DNA from: Bugula neritina
Lineage: Eukaryota; Animalia; Bryozoa
Direction: 5' to 3'
Assembly: GCA_964035545.1 (NCBI GenBank)
Contig: OZ037770.1
Coordinates: forward strand, 6,830,729 to 6,894,728
DNA length: 64,000 nt
The position numbers and the translations under genes are program-made. This document shows, in pieces, positions 12,801 through 26,000 of the stretch. The notes under the pieces are model-generated. The model had not been told where the DNA came from, did no database searches, and worked only from the letters and a program-made list of their open reading frames with translations. Positions within the stretch are counted from its first letter, which is position 1. Each line of letters begins with the position of its first letter.

Positions 12801-15800
12801 GATCTTGAGTGCATCCACTGTTGTGGTTACTGGGCTACAATTCCTGTAAGATAATGATGAATTGATACTGTGTAACTGTCAAACTACACTGTAGAACAGA
12901 TAAGTCTCACACTGACCCATGAAATTATATATAAAGCATAAAACCTAAAGCATTACAATTTTCTGGGTTAATCTAGAAATAATATTAAGCAATACTTAAA
13001 GAAGTTCTGAGCTTTAATGTGAGAACTATGGAAATATCTTTTTGGCTCAACAGAACTTTCAACTAAATTAACTTATTAATAATGAAATTATTGTCAACAA
13101 TAAACATCAGAGTCCTAGACTATAGAGTATCTATCAATCAGTCTAGGGAATCTATGAATCAGTCTATAGGGTGAATATAAGACAAACTAATTATTCAAAA
13201 TTTAAATAGATATTATAAAGAGCACTGACTGTCATACAGCACTGACTGTCATAGAGCACTGACTGTCATAGTTGTGATAAATAGTATTGCTATCCAAGGT
13301 AATGATAGTCGGGTGGTAAAATCTTCTGATTAAATAGTACAGATATATTATACAGTGGGATCATATTTTGTCACAGTACAATTGGATTATATAGTAGAAT
13401 CAAATTATACAGTAGATTTATATCATATAGTACCATTGTATTATATAGTAGAATGTTATATAGTGCAGTTATATTCACCGGCTTTCCATGTACCGATCTC
13501 AGATCGATCTTAGCGAGATCGATCCATGGAAAGACGTCAAAGATCGATCTCAGTCGTTCTGAGCTGGTCGGTCTGTAGAGCTCGAACTCAGATCGATCTC
13601 AAAGCAATAAGACCATGGAAAGACGAAAGATCGATCTGAGAAGTGGAAAAATGACTGCTCGCTAAAATGTTGTCTGCTAATAGAAATGATAACTTATTGT
13701 TAATTACTAAGCAAAGTACTTAATAATTAAGATAGCCACCTTTTCAGGTGGCAAAACTTTGACTTTCAGTATAATGATAAAGAAAACTCAATTATATGCA
13801 GTAGAAGGTAAAAAAATGGGAGAATTTAAATTGAATTTAAATGACTATTAAAACTTAGTTTCATTAGCTATTTTCTTTGTAATTTTAAGCTTAACAGTCC
13901 TGTAAGTTTATTAATAATCTGCAAGACAGCCATTAATTTTATATAAGCTTTCAAGCTAAAAAAAGAAAATTAATTATTTTAAATTGGCCAAATTACCATA
14001 CACTGAAAGCTTTGCTGCGTATAGTTCATAGCTGGGATTAAATTTTAGACTACGGCCATCTTGTTTTCAACAGTAGTAGCTTTCATCACTCAAATAGGTG
14101 AACAAATTATACTTTTAAAGTATCCTTCACTTAAGAGGAGGCAACTTCGCGAGATCGATCTGACACTCTCATGGAAAAACGATCGATCTGAGCACATTTC
14201 TCAGATCGATCTGAGCACATTTCTCAGATCGATCTGAGCACATTTCTCAGATCGATCTGAGCACATTTCTCAGATCGATCTGAGATCGGTACATGGAAAG
14301 CCCGTGTCTATACAGTGCAGTTAGGTAGCAGTTGTGATCTAGGGGTTAGAGCAACCCCTAGATGTTTGCTCTAACCCCTAGATCACAGCTATTATGAAGT
14401 CATAGGTTCGAACCCTGACAAAGGCGGTTAATGTTAGAAAGAGCATCCAGTCATAATTACCCCTATTTGAATAAGTCCTTAGCCTGATTTAACAAAAACC
14501 CCTTCCATCAGTAGTTCTCTCACAAGAATGGCGACTACATCTATGGTGAGTTTTATATTATACAGTACAGTCAGTCTAGTTATAGTCACACAGTATAGTT
14601 ATAGTCACACAGTCTAGTTATAGTCACACAGTCTAGTTATAGTCACACAGCATAGTTCTTGTCACACAGTATAGTTATAGTCACACAGAGTAGTTATAGT
14701 CACACAGAGTAGTTATAGTCACACAGTATAGTTATAGTCACACAGAGTAGTTATAGTCACACAGTATAGTTATAGTCACACAGTATAGTTATAGTCACAC
14801 AGTCTAGTTATAGTCACACAGAGTAGTTATAGTCACACAGTATAGTTATAGTCACACAGTCTAGTTATAGTCACACAGTCTAGTTATAGTCACACAGCAT
14901 AGTTCTTGTCACACAGAGTAGTTATAGTCACACAGAGTAGTTATAGTCACACAGAGTAGTTATAGTCACACAGTATAGTTATAGTCACACAGTCTAGTTA
15001 TAGTCACACAGAGTAGTTATAGTCACACAGTCTAGTTATAGTCACACAGAGTAGTTATAGTCACACAGTATAGTTATAGTCACACAGCACAGTTCTTGTC
15101 ACACAGTATAGTTATAGTCACACAGAGTAGTTATAGTCACACAGTATAGTTATAGTCACACAGAGTAGTTATAGTCACACAGAGTAGTTATAGTCACACA
15201 GCATAGTTCTTGTCACACAGCATAGAACTTTATGTGGTAAAGTGTTTAGGAAGGAGCCCGTTAGGACAAACAATCTTCTTCACACTAGTAATACATAATC
15301 TCAATAGAAGAAAACTCACAGAGGCATGTCGATAATAGTAGTTATGCCCCCTGCTGCTGCGGCCTTGGTAGCTGTTTCGTAACTTTCCCAGTCTGTTCGG
15401 CCAGGTTCATTCACGTGTACGTGTGCATCAACAATACCAGGCATTACCACGCTGTTTCCTGCATCAATAACGTCCTGTTGAGACAGGAAATAAAATGAGT
15501 AAGATGTAGATATAGTGTATATAAGAGGTCTTTTAGTGCAGCGACACACATTCCTTATATTGCTATAAATAACTGCTAGGTGTCTTCACCTATACAACAT
15601 ACCAGCATTATGCATCCCGCAGAAAACTATCAAGCAACAAGTTTATTCTATTTAAGTAACAGTAACAGAGAAAGCGCAATAGCCTGACAACATATCAGAG
15701 AACATATCTGTCCCCATATGTAGAGTATCAGTCTATCATGTAATATAGCTTATTCATCATCTGAGGTACAACAATCCTGTTCCAACTCTAGCTTTCAGTC

Positions 15801-15985
15801 AAATTGGTTAACTTTCAATAGCCCAAGTTTTTTTTAATTATCTCTTAGCTTACCTCAGGCGTTTCTAAACACAGTCTAGGATCATAGCTCAAGTTTATAC
15901 TCTGAATAATCCCATCCTCAGATATTTCCACCTGCGCAGGTTGCAGTTGGTTGTCGTACAGAACTCTGCGACTTTGAATAATCAT
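847..15985 (-). CDS. Allantoinase (metal-dependent amidohydrolase), 3' part lies outside the window
   Basis: Exons 15985-15854, 15474-15320, 12843-12729, 3443-3297, 3143-2998, 1452-1266, 985-847 join in phase with GT-AG. Motifs: [16 protein letters not shown] (HxH), [30 protein letters not shown] (carbamylated Lys), [43 protein letters not shown]. Confidence 0.95.
1717..1830 (+). mobile_element. tRNA-derived SINE family A, degraded copy
   Basis: A box GTGGTGTAGTGG, B box GGTTCGAGTCC, followed by AGCATCC...AAGTCCTTA core shared with 14390 and 62215. Confidence 0.6.
2474..2918. mobile_element. MITE, possibly PIF/Harbinger-like
   Basis: 15-bp inverted ends GTTGCGTTTATACCT / AGGTATAAACGCAAC; TSD not clear. 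Confidence 0.5.
4228..5097 (-). CDS. Secreted two-domain Kunitz/BPTI-type protein (142 aa), nested in allantoinase intron 3
   Basis: Exons 5097-4901, 4740-4549, 4267-4228 (both introns phase 2). Signal peptide [18 protein letters not shown]. Domain 1 is canonical: [49 protein letters not shown]. Domain 2 is atypical with six Cys: [64 protein letters not shown] on - at ~4100-4105. Confidence 0.88.
5255..5262 (-). promoter_or_regulatory. TATA box of the Kunitz gene
   Basis: TATAAATA on the minus strand ~160 bp upstream of the ATG. Confidence 0.5.
7325..7824. mobile_element. GATC-rich MITE family, copy 1
   Basis: Ends CACCGGCGTTCCATGGATCGATCTCAG / CTGAGATCGATCCATGGAAAGCCCGTG; internal sequence closely matches 13476-14306. 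Superfamily unresolved; no TSD seen. Confidence 0.8.
8171..11820 (-). mobile_element. Academ-type DNA transposon, decayed
   Basis: Imperfect ~150-bp TIRs starting TAGTCTGGCAGAA / ending TTCTGCCAGACTA; 3-bp TSD TTA (8168-8170, 11821-11823). Minus-strand transposase remnants with stops and frameshifts: [54 protein letters not shown]...RAHLQVAI*. Confidence 0.8.
9870..10150 (-). mobile_element. RTE-like LINE 3' fragment inside the Academ element
   Basis: Translates as [24 protein letters not shown]...*YGHVRRRD..., matching the post-RT region of RTE-type elements. Confidence 0.65.
13476..14306. mobile_element. GATC-rich MITE family, copy 2, with subterminal 23-bp tandem repeats
   Basis: Ends CACCGGCTTTCCATGTACCGATCTCAGATCGATC / GATCGATCTGAGATCGGTACATGGAAAGCCCGTG; (GATCGATCTGAGCACATTTCTCA)n at ~14180-14285. 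Confidence 0.82.
14332..14389. repeat. Short fold-back hairpin
   Basis: GTGATCTAGGGGTTAGAGCAA...TTGCTCTAACCCCTAGATCAC. Confidence 0.7.
14390..14560 (+). mobile_element. tRNA-derived SINE family A, 5'-truncated copy
   Basis: B box GGTTCGAACCC, then GAGCATCCAGTCATAA...GAATAAGTCCTTAG...CTCACA...GGCGACTA shared with 62215-62440. Confidence 0.7.
14575..15225. repeat. 19-bp minisatellite (TAGTTATAGTCACACAG core)
   Basis: More than 30 tandem units in allantoinase intron 2. Confidence 0.95.
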
Positions 15986-16980
15986 TTTCTTAATATGCAA
16001 ACCTAACGTTCAAAATGAGAGTTAGTGCTCAACAAGTCACTTACACGAAAAGAACTGAGACCTAGTGCAGTGGACTGGAAATTATTGTTGAATGACCTAA
16101 TTAGAGACATTATGCTGGGTGTCACGAGATGCTCATACATGACTATGACCCATAGAATGCGCTTCATCTTATAATAGCTGATGATACCAGTGCAATGTGT
16201 TAACAATAAAATGATTAACAAATGGTGGACCACAGACTACATACATTCCTGCATCGGCAAGCTGTAGCATATGTGGGGAGGTAACTCAAAAATACCAAAT
16301 CAGCTAATTGTAAACTGTTGGTTTGAAAAATGAATAAAATTAAGAAAACAAGTAAAATAAATGAAAAAAAAAAATGCAATTTTATTGCTAAAAGCACTTC
16401 ATTTGCAGGTGTATATATATAGAGTCATTACATATTATATACAGTTGGAATAATAAAATAACATATTTTTACAGCTTCTATACCCTTGAGAAAGCTTTTT
16501 GAGCAGGGTAAGGACTTGTTTCAGTGCTCTAAAGATTCAACCAGTTGTTCATTAACAGTTTAAATACTAAAGTAGCTGATAAATTAACTATTGACATAGA
16601 AGTTATGGCTCTACTAATCTGTTATATAACTATTATTGGTGATCATTGATTATTGCTATTAAAATAATATCTATACCAAAAGATAGCAAGCAGAAATTTA
16701 TACTATTTTAGCAGATGCATCTATAGTATTGAAACAAAAGTAATTTAACAGTTTGGTTTTTTTAGTAGCATAGGAGAGAGCAATTAACAAAAGCTGGTGC
16801 AGGCACTGGCAATGGCAGAGTTGAACATAGCACATAACTAGACTGAGACTAAATTGGCAATACAAGCAGCACCAACCAAAACCAGCCAGATAAATTCATG
16901 GATCTAAAACATGATTCAACTGCATAGTATGTATGTCAACATGACAGTATGACAGATATACTTGATACTATACTGCTCCT

Positions 16981-18808
16981 AGTGAAAAGTCAGCTAGGAC
17001 GCACTGGAAAGTTCAGAAAAGTTCTGAGACTAGCAGAATGGAATGTTAGAACATTACTAGACCGGAATAATTCAAAAAGACCAGAGAGGCAGACAGCACT
17101 TGTTGCAAAAGAGCTGGGTCGATATGATATCGATATTGCAGCTTTGTGTGAAACTCAGCTTGCCCTGAATGATAGCCTTGTTGATAATGGGTACACATTC
17201 TTTTGGAGTGGAAAAGGCGAGGAAGAAAGAAGAGAATCAGGGGTGGGGTTTGCTATCAGGAATACAATTATGCCTTATCTAGAACAAGAACCCACAGCAA
17301 TAAGTGATAGAATTATAAGCATGAGACTTCCACTGAAAAAGAATCATTATGTGACAATAGTGTGTGCTTACGCTCCAACAATGACAAATCCGGAAGAAAA
17401 GAAAGAGGAGTTTTACAATAAATTGAGAGAAACAGTAAAGAATATATCCATCACAGACAAACTGATTATAGCCGGTGACTTTAATGCAAGAGTAGGGTGT
17501 GAAGCTCAAAATTGGCCAGGCGTTATTGGTAATCAGGGAATTGGAAAATGTAACTTTCGCCAAATTCAAGAAAAATGTGCTGAGCAAAACATGGAGCTGT
17601 ATGCTGTATTTATAGACTTTACAAAAGCCTTTGATACAGTATCAAGAGATGGCCTCTGGAGGGTACTGAAGAAGTTTGGCTTAACTGAGAAGGTCACCAA
17701 CCTGATAAAAGCTCTTCATGCAGGCATGCAAGCCAAGGTAGTGCAAGGTAGAGATGCTTCAAATGGGTTTGCAGTAACCAATGGTGTCAAGCAGGGGTGT
17801 GTTCTTGCGCCAACACTATTTTCATTATACTTGACCGCTATGGTTGAGGTGGCATTTCAAAATGTAAATGAAGGGATTTATATTCAAACTCGACATGGGG
17901 CTGACCTCTTTGATGTGGCTCAGTTCAAGTCTAAGACCCGTACTACCAAACACCTAGTCAGAGAGATGTTGTTTGCTGATGACAGTGCTTTGGTGGCACA
18001 TTGCGCTGCAGATATGCAAGTGCTGGTGAACAACTTTGCAAAAGCAGCGGCTCAGTTTAGCTTAAAAATCAACATAAAAAAGACAGAATGCATGTACCAG
18101 CCAATCAAACTCATCCACCCTCCACCTGAACCTGAAGTTGTCATGATAGATCAAGAACCAGTTGTACTTGCCTCAGACTTTACTTATCTAGGAAGCACTG
18201 TTTCCTGTACGGCAAAAATAGATAAAGAGCTACGGAACAGACTAGGCAAAGCAAGTGCGGCTTACGGTAAGCTGCAGCAGAGACTCTGGAACAACAGACA
18301 TGTATCCATCAGGGTAAAGTGTAAAGTCTACAGAGCGGTGGTGCTCCCAAGCCTGCTGTATGGAGCAGAAACATGGACAATATACAGGACACAGGTGAAG
18401 AAGCTAAGCGCTTTCATGATGAGGCAACTGAGAGACATAATGGCTGTAAAATGGTATGACAAAGTTACGAATGAAGAAATATTAAGACGTGCCAATTTGC
18501 CAAGCATGGCCGACATCCTTATAGAAAAGAACTTGAGATGGCTAGGCCATGTGCACAGGATGGAACATAGCCGGCTACCAAGACAACTGCTCTACTCTCA
18601 GCTGAAAGAGGGTAAAAGAAATACAAGGCGACCTAGACTCAGACTTAAAGATGTTGCTAAGAGGAATATGAAATGGAGAGCAATAAACTTGAGTTCATGG
18701 CAGCAGACAGCTGACAACAGAGCTGCGTGGAGAGCTGCAACCAAATCTAAGCCTAATCCATAAAACAGTCATAGTCGTATCGACTGACTGCTAGAGAGAG
18801 AGAGAGAG
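16981..18808 (+). mobile_element. RTE-clade LINE, 5'-truncated with an in-frame internal deletion (ORF 16949-18763)
   Basis: APE N-terminus (WNVRTL, DIAALCET, GVGFAI, YAPT, GDFNARVG) fused directly to RT (FIDFTKAFDTV, GVKQGCVLAPTLF, LFADD, YLGS, LRWLGHV). (GA)n tail. 11-bp TSD ATACTGCTCCT at 16970-16980 and 18809-18819. Confidence 0.93.
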
Positions 18809-20064
18809 ATACTGCTCCTTATCAGACGTGATTAGATATTTCTCTTTGCTAGCATCATTTGTAATAACATAGCAGTGATTGTTTGCATTATGTTGCCCTT
18901 AAATTCTAATCTTTAAGTTCCAATTTAAAAGCAATGGTTGCTCTATGTTATCTAGAAACTCCCACTAGCTGCACCTTAATTCATATGTTACATAAATCAA
19001 TGTTGATATACTAAAGGCAATGTAAGCTTCTAATAGTAAATTAACCTTATACATATTGCCTAACCTAACTATAAACTAACTGTTGTAAGCATGACTAATT
19101 GAAAATAAATTATAACTGTTAGAATGGTTATGAGTAAACCGGGCATGGTACCACTCCAGAAGTTATATTTAGCTTTGCAAATTGAAATTGATTCAAACTG
19201 AGGAACAGCTTGTGGCATGACCTTGTAGCAGTATTCTTTTGATCACAGTTTATCCATTAAGCATTTACTACTAAACTGTACTAAGACAAATGTTCTTTTT
19301 AATTAAATAACAATTTAGGGAAAATAAGCGTGGGTTCTGATACTGCTAGACAGATGGCCTCATGATGGTGAAATGTTGAGTGTTTCCAGGAGCTACTAAT
19401 TCACTAAGTCTAATGTAATTGTTCTTAAGCGAGCTCCCGGAAGTATAAAAACTGCTAATAAGTACTAGAAGTAAATAGCGCTGATTCTAATTTCAAGGTT
19501 TAATTGAATGAGTCAAATTAGCTCACCTGGCTTGCTCCTAGTCTTGGCTATGACTATGAGTATGAGTACAATGAAAACGAATGCTTTATTCTCCTCAAGT
19601 CAAGGGTCCAACTGAAAGAGAAAGAACGTTTTTTTAAGCAGTTTCTCTACGTGTCTGTTAGTGTTTCACTTTATAAACTTATTATTTTTTAAATAACTGT
19701 GACTAGTTTTTCATTATTATAAATATTAATATTACATTTCTAGAACACTAACATTACAAAAAGACCATTATGATTATCAAGTGCATACTGATACTCACAC
19801 TGAACTGAAACTAGTTCAATGGATACTCAGTTTTACTGCTACTCCAAAACGAAACCCTAAAAAATTGCTCGCACTTTCAGTTTCACATCGGGCATACTCA
19901 ACGATAAACGATGTTAAACTGGCGGCTATTCTGGATAGCACCGACGTGGTTAATTGTTGTTTAAGGGTTGTCTTTTCATTTTACATGTGTAATAAACATC
20001 GACCTGTGTTCGTATAATAATATTATTATGAGCTTAAAAGGTTACTTTCGGTTCAGTTGTAAAC

Positions 20065-23000
20065 ATGGCCAGCGCTACACGTGCGACTGTCCCTTCGCCA
20101 AACTTCAACACCAGCTTTGACAAATTTAATTCAGTCTTTCGAAAATCTAACTTATGGACAAATGTATTACAAGAAAGAGCTCACCCTAATGCAAAAAGGA
20201 AGCACAATTTAGACGAAAGTTTGTCTTTCTCACAGCTTGGAGTTCCACCAGAGAGGCACTCTCAGCTTCAGCTTGAATCTCCGAGTCGGTTAGAAACAGA
20301 ACCTCGCTCCAATTCTCGTGCCCCGTCAACAACATTTAATTTGTGGACATCTAAAAATTATTTCAAATATGATTGCAGATATGCAGGACAGCATAACAAT
20401 AACTCAGATTCTCTAACCAATAGGCTAAAGCGAGAGGTTTGTAGTTTCAATTTGAGTTTGACTCGGTTTCAATTTGAATTTGTAAATTAAAATTGAGTTT
20501 GACTAAAAGTAAATTGAAATTAAACTAGTCCATTTAGTTTTACTTTTACCGTTTACGCTTCAACACTAACACTATGACACTGGATAGTTGATAGTCACTG
20601 ACTATCATAGTGCATCTCTATCACTATGAGTATGACTATCACTATCAGTATGGTTTCATCCCAGATAGACGCTTCCCAGTTAGACGCTAGGCTAAATTTC
20701 CCACTTAGACGTTTCCAACTTGGACGCTTCCCACTTGGACGCTTCCCAGTTAGACGCTATTTTTTATTTTGGTGCTATATAATTATATAATAATATACCT
20801 ATTTATACACCTATATAACTGTATTCATTGCTAAAAGTAAATAGCTAAAATGCTAATGGCTATAATAGCTAACATGAATTAATAAATTATCTGGAATAAT
20901 CTAATTTTTATAGATTTGTGTGGGACAAAAAACAGTAATATATTAATAAAAAAATTATCTTTAATTAATGAATACTCATTAACAAAATATCTGTTCAAAC
21001 AAGAAGCAAAAAATATGTAAAATTAATATGTTGATGCAGATCAAACAAATGTATTTATGTGCTCAATACGTGATTTATTTAAATATACATATATTTAAAC
21101 AATATTCGAATAAATTGCGCATAAAATAGATACTGTACTAAAATAAAAAATAACGTCTATCTGGGATGACACCATCAGTATCACTATGAGTATGAGTTAG
21201 ACATAGAGAAGGCGTAGCACTAGTGACTAGAAGTAGAAGGACAATCAGATAGTCATACCATTGCTATTAGTAATAGCAATACTAACGTACGATAGTCATA
21301 CTGACTGTAAAATAATTTTACCCCTATTGGGAATTGAACCCCAGATCTTATGCTTGCAAACAAGTGTGCTAACCATTACACCCCGGGGACCACTGGGTAA
21401 ACACAACACTACACTAACATTCTAAGTATGAAACTAAAACTTATCCGTATTGTTCAAATAATCATTTTAATCATCATAATGATAATGGCTCAAGCTGATA
21501 GTGATAGACTTGGTTATTAAATTTAATATTATGAATATCCGGTAATCATGATGATAATGTTATTCAGTGAACCACTGAATGACTGAATCATAGTTATCAG
21601 TATTTCAGTTATTAATTCTGAATTATCAATTTGAATTTGTGGCACTGGATGACTATCACTATCAGTATGACTCAGCCTTATCAATATCCCTTACCATTTT
21701 AATTTTATTGGTAAATATTAATTTGTCTAAAAATTGATATAATACTAATAGTAATAGTAATAATAACCAATAACCATTAGTACTAAGTGTAACTAAATTA
21801 TAATTAATATTAATAATAAGAGGTTGAATTTGATAAATTAGATTGGTAATAATAGTAATACTAAAAATAATGCTACCAGTTACCGAATATTAGATTTAGT
21901 AGTATTAGTAATGGGTAGTTTTACCTAATTTGGTGCTCACAGCAAGTTATGACCAAAAATAATAGTTTCATGATATATGAAAATTTGCTATTTAGGGTAT
22001 TTTTATGCACTGGTTTTAAATGTGTATTAGAAAAAATACGGAATAAAGCTCCCTCAACACTAATTTGGGATAATTTCTAACAAAAACACAGATATTGTGA
22101 TCGCAGCTCATTACTCATACTCATGACTAGTGACTACACTATGATAATTCTAATCATGTTCTTTGCTCACGTAAAATGTAATACTAGTACTACTAGTAGT
22201 ACTTATAGTTGTGGTTATTGTTATTGTAATTGTTTCACATAGAAGTATAACCTAATTTTAATATTTAAATGCTTATACTCGTGTAAATAATTATAATTAA
22301 AAAGGAATAAAAATAGCACCGCAATAAGGTCTTATTAGTTCACTAAGTTAGTGACCATGGTCGATATTGAATCATTTACTTTTAAACTTAACATCAATTG
22401 ATGATGATTTAAAAAGTAAAATTAAAAATAGATGCTTCCTTCAGTTCTGACACCAAATTAATTTTAACTCAATTTCTTTTTACTTATATAATAATATATT
22501 AAACTAAAGATGCTTTGTCCAATTAGTAGGCCCTGTAACTTAAAAAGCTAAAATTTCACTTTAAATTTATAATAAATTCAACAAGTAAAATTGGGTGGTG
22601 TGTGCTTCCAACTAACTTTATTCTCAAATTTTTATTGTTATATATTATGGTAATTATTCCATTAATATAATAATTGTATTGAGCTCAATAGTATCACTAA
22701 ATCACTGATTTACTGCATGTAACTGTAAGTAGATATAATGCTTTTGGTATTTACATAAATTGTCTGTATAAATGCCATTAGTTTTGTGTCTTTTACTGGT
22801 ATACTAATATGCGTTGACTTCGTACTTACAGGTTGGAAATGAGTATTACTGTGATGCATGTGATAGAGCATTCAAGAATAGCGAACAGTATGATTTACAC
22901 ATCAGTGAGCATGAAAAATGCCGAGTTGAAGATTGTAATTATGTTGCGGCACCTAAGCTTGTTAAACTTCACTATAACATGGTGAGGCCAGTTTTTATAT

Positions 23001-26000
23001 TGTGTTGGATGCTTAACCTGATTAAACCAGTTTTTTTTCAAACTTAATAGGCAGCTTCATTTCCAGTGCAATATCCACTTAGGAACTTTTCAGTACTGTT
23101 AGCTGCCTTTTTTGATTAAACTCTAAGTTGCAAAGATATTCAATTATCCTAAGTCCGTTCGAATTTACAAAGTAATTACATGCACAACAGCTAGTGGTGT
23201 CATAAAATACCGAAGTAACATGATTTTCCCCTTCTATACACACTGGGCTATAGACACTTGAGTCTAGACCATTCATACTGGACTATACACACTAGACTAT
23301 TCATAATGGGTAGCTTGGGAGTCTCTAGCTGATAAATATTATTCCTTTATGATGTGGTCTCTCAGACTATATCTATTCACTTCTAGCAACACCTCACAGG
23401 TCTGGCAAAAAAAATTAAAGAGTCGTCACAAGATATCCAAAAGTGGCGAGAGGAGCGACGTAGGTGAGTTGGAACATTGATCTCTTCTTATTAAGTTGTT
23501 GCTAAGATTTGGTCTAGAGTTTGTAGAGTCCTTTGTAGCAGAAAATGATGAAATGTAGTTCTTTGGTGGTTTTACTATCAACATATTAAAATTGTTCACC
23601 ATCGTCCCTGTATACAGATTAAGTCAGCATGAAGCAAATTATCAGCAATAATTGATCTATGTTTGTCTAGTTGGTATATTCTAATACTTGAGTAACTTGC
23701 TATCTACAGTGCCAGATCAGATACTTATTTTATAATTCATCACAAGTTAATAGTTATTGTTTTACCATCTTCTATTCTTCTCCTAGACTCAAAGTCATTA
23801 TCTTATTTTGGTGAATAAGCTTTGAGCTGTATGATATTAGTTGTACACAACTTTATGAATGATTTGGCAGGAATTATCCAACAGCAGAAAACATTGAAAG
23901 AAAACGGCAGGAGCTGAGAGAGAAAGTGGAACGTGGGGAGATCTTAGAGACACCTCAGTTTGGGTACATAAACTCCCTGTCTGTTCTTTAACTCCCACAG
24001 CAGTCTTTCCTCACATAGAATGTTACTCCGTCTGCATGTAGAGTGGCTAGAGAGCAGAATCATGGTAGACAGGTGTTGACTTGGTCACCTCAACACACAA
24101 TAAACCATGCTATTCCTAAATATTGTTGATACCAGTTACCATGCTATTCCTAAATGTTGTTGATACCAGCAACCATGCTATTCCTAAATATTATTGATAC
24201 CATTTACCATGCTATTCCTGAATATTATTGATACCATTTACCATGCTGAATAACCATCCATCATGCTTGAGCTATTTTAAAAAGTTGCTCTGGATTCTTG
24301 TAGTAAGATGGGGCGTGGCCGTGGCAAGTGGCGAGGAAGAGGTAGCAATAGAAACGCTATGAGTCGTCGTGACAACCACAGTTGGGTAAACTCTTTTAAG
24401 CATGTTTTCAGTATTTTATGTTACAAAAGAATTGATTTCTCAATTTTGTTGGCCTCATGTAGCAAACCCTTCCCTCCTTCTGATTCTGATTAATTTATCT
24501 CCATATTTATTTTTGGATGAACATTAACTGCTGTACAAACATGCTAACAGGCAGTAGTCTTTGGTGACTGGTTAGTTAGCTTTCTCCACATAACAATACC
24601 ACTACCTCCAGTACAATACCACTACCTCAGGTACAACACCACCACCTCAGGTACAATACCACTACCTCAGGTTCAATGCCACTACCTCAGGTACTTCACC
24701 ACCTCAGGTATAATACCACCACCTCAGGTACTTCACTACCTCAGGTACTTCACTACCTCAGGTATAATACCACCACCTCAGGTACTTCACTACCTCAGGT
24801 ACAATGCTACCTGTTACCTTTCTTTAGTATACATAATTATACTGTTGTATATTTTAGGTTTCCTCTAACTTGCCAGATTATCCAACTGTTGCAAGGCCTG
24901 ACCCCCTTTCAACTCCTGCAGAAGGTAGGTTTATTCTCCGAGTACTTACTACCTGTTGGTACTGCGAGTTGAGACTGTTTCTCATATTTTTTTACATGAC
25001 TTCTTATTTGATTATTTATACTGTTTTTGATCAGTGTTGTTATTAGTAGTTATTGCTGGTTGTAAAATTGTTCTAATATTAGACTTAGAGTAGGCATAGC
25101 TGTATAACCCATGGATGTTTGAAGGTCACACGGCTCTGGAGTCTCAACGAATATTTGATGCAAACAGACAAACGTATGACTCTCAGCCAGATGATGGTAT
25201 TCTGGCTACTGCTGCCAGCAGCGTGGGAGCTGTGACAGACACACCGTCTGCTCTCGGCTCTTTGATGTCTAGTTATGGAGATATTAGCAGTGATGAGGAG
25301 GGGGAGATCGTAGAGCCCTCCCACCCTATGCAAGTGCAGTCCACAGATAAGCAGAAACCTGATCAGAAAACAGAGCAGACCTCTCCACTAGCACAAACTA
25401 GTCGAATTACTGGTATGTTTGGAACATTTGGTGCTGTAACTCATAGTAAGTGCTGTCACTTAGAGCAGGTGCTATCACTTAGAGCAGGCGCTCTCACTTG
25501 AAAATATAAAGCTTCCTTGTTGAAGCTCAACCTGTGTTGCTCAATTGACTTGCCTTGACAGACTTGCAATTCCTTAGCAGGGACTGCTGGTGCGTGTGAC
25601 AACCCAGAGAGTGGAAATCACAAGCAGCGGCGGTGTCAGCGAAGCAGGAAGAGAAGGGGGAAAACTCCAAAGAACTCAGTCGATATGCAAAGGCAGCAAC
25701 AGCAACGTACTTTCAGCAAGTGCAAATCTACTCTTCTTGAGAAGGTGAGTATATAACTATCAATTCTATGAATATAGATGCCGTATGTAATATCAGTATT
25801 GTAATACGTATAGTTATCCGTGCGGTGTTGACCACTGTATTCACGTCAGCAATTCACAGTGTGTCTGACAAGGGCTACCTGTTTGTTACAGTTGCTAGCC
25901 GGAGAGATGAGACACGAAAGAAATGTTCTCCTGCAGTGTGTGCGCTATGTTATACAACAAGAATTCTTTGGTGCTGGAGTCCAGAAAGTAGTGGCACCTT

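Noticed and set aside
14575-15225. CRISPR-like appearance of regular repeats
   Set aside because: No unique spacers, no cas genes, eukaryotic intron context.
16949-18763. 604-aa ORF as a domesticated host gene
   Set aside because: Intact TSD and tail indicate a recent insertion; both enzyme domains are truncated.
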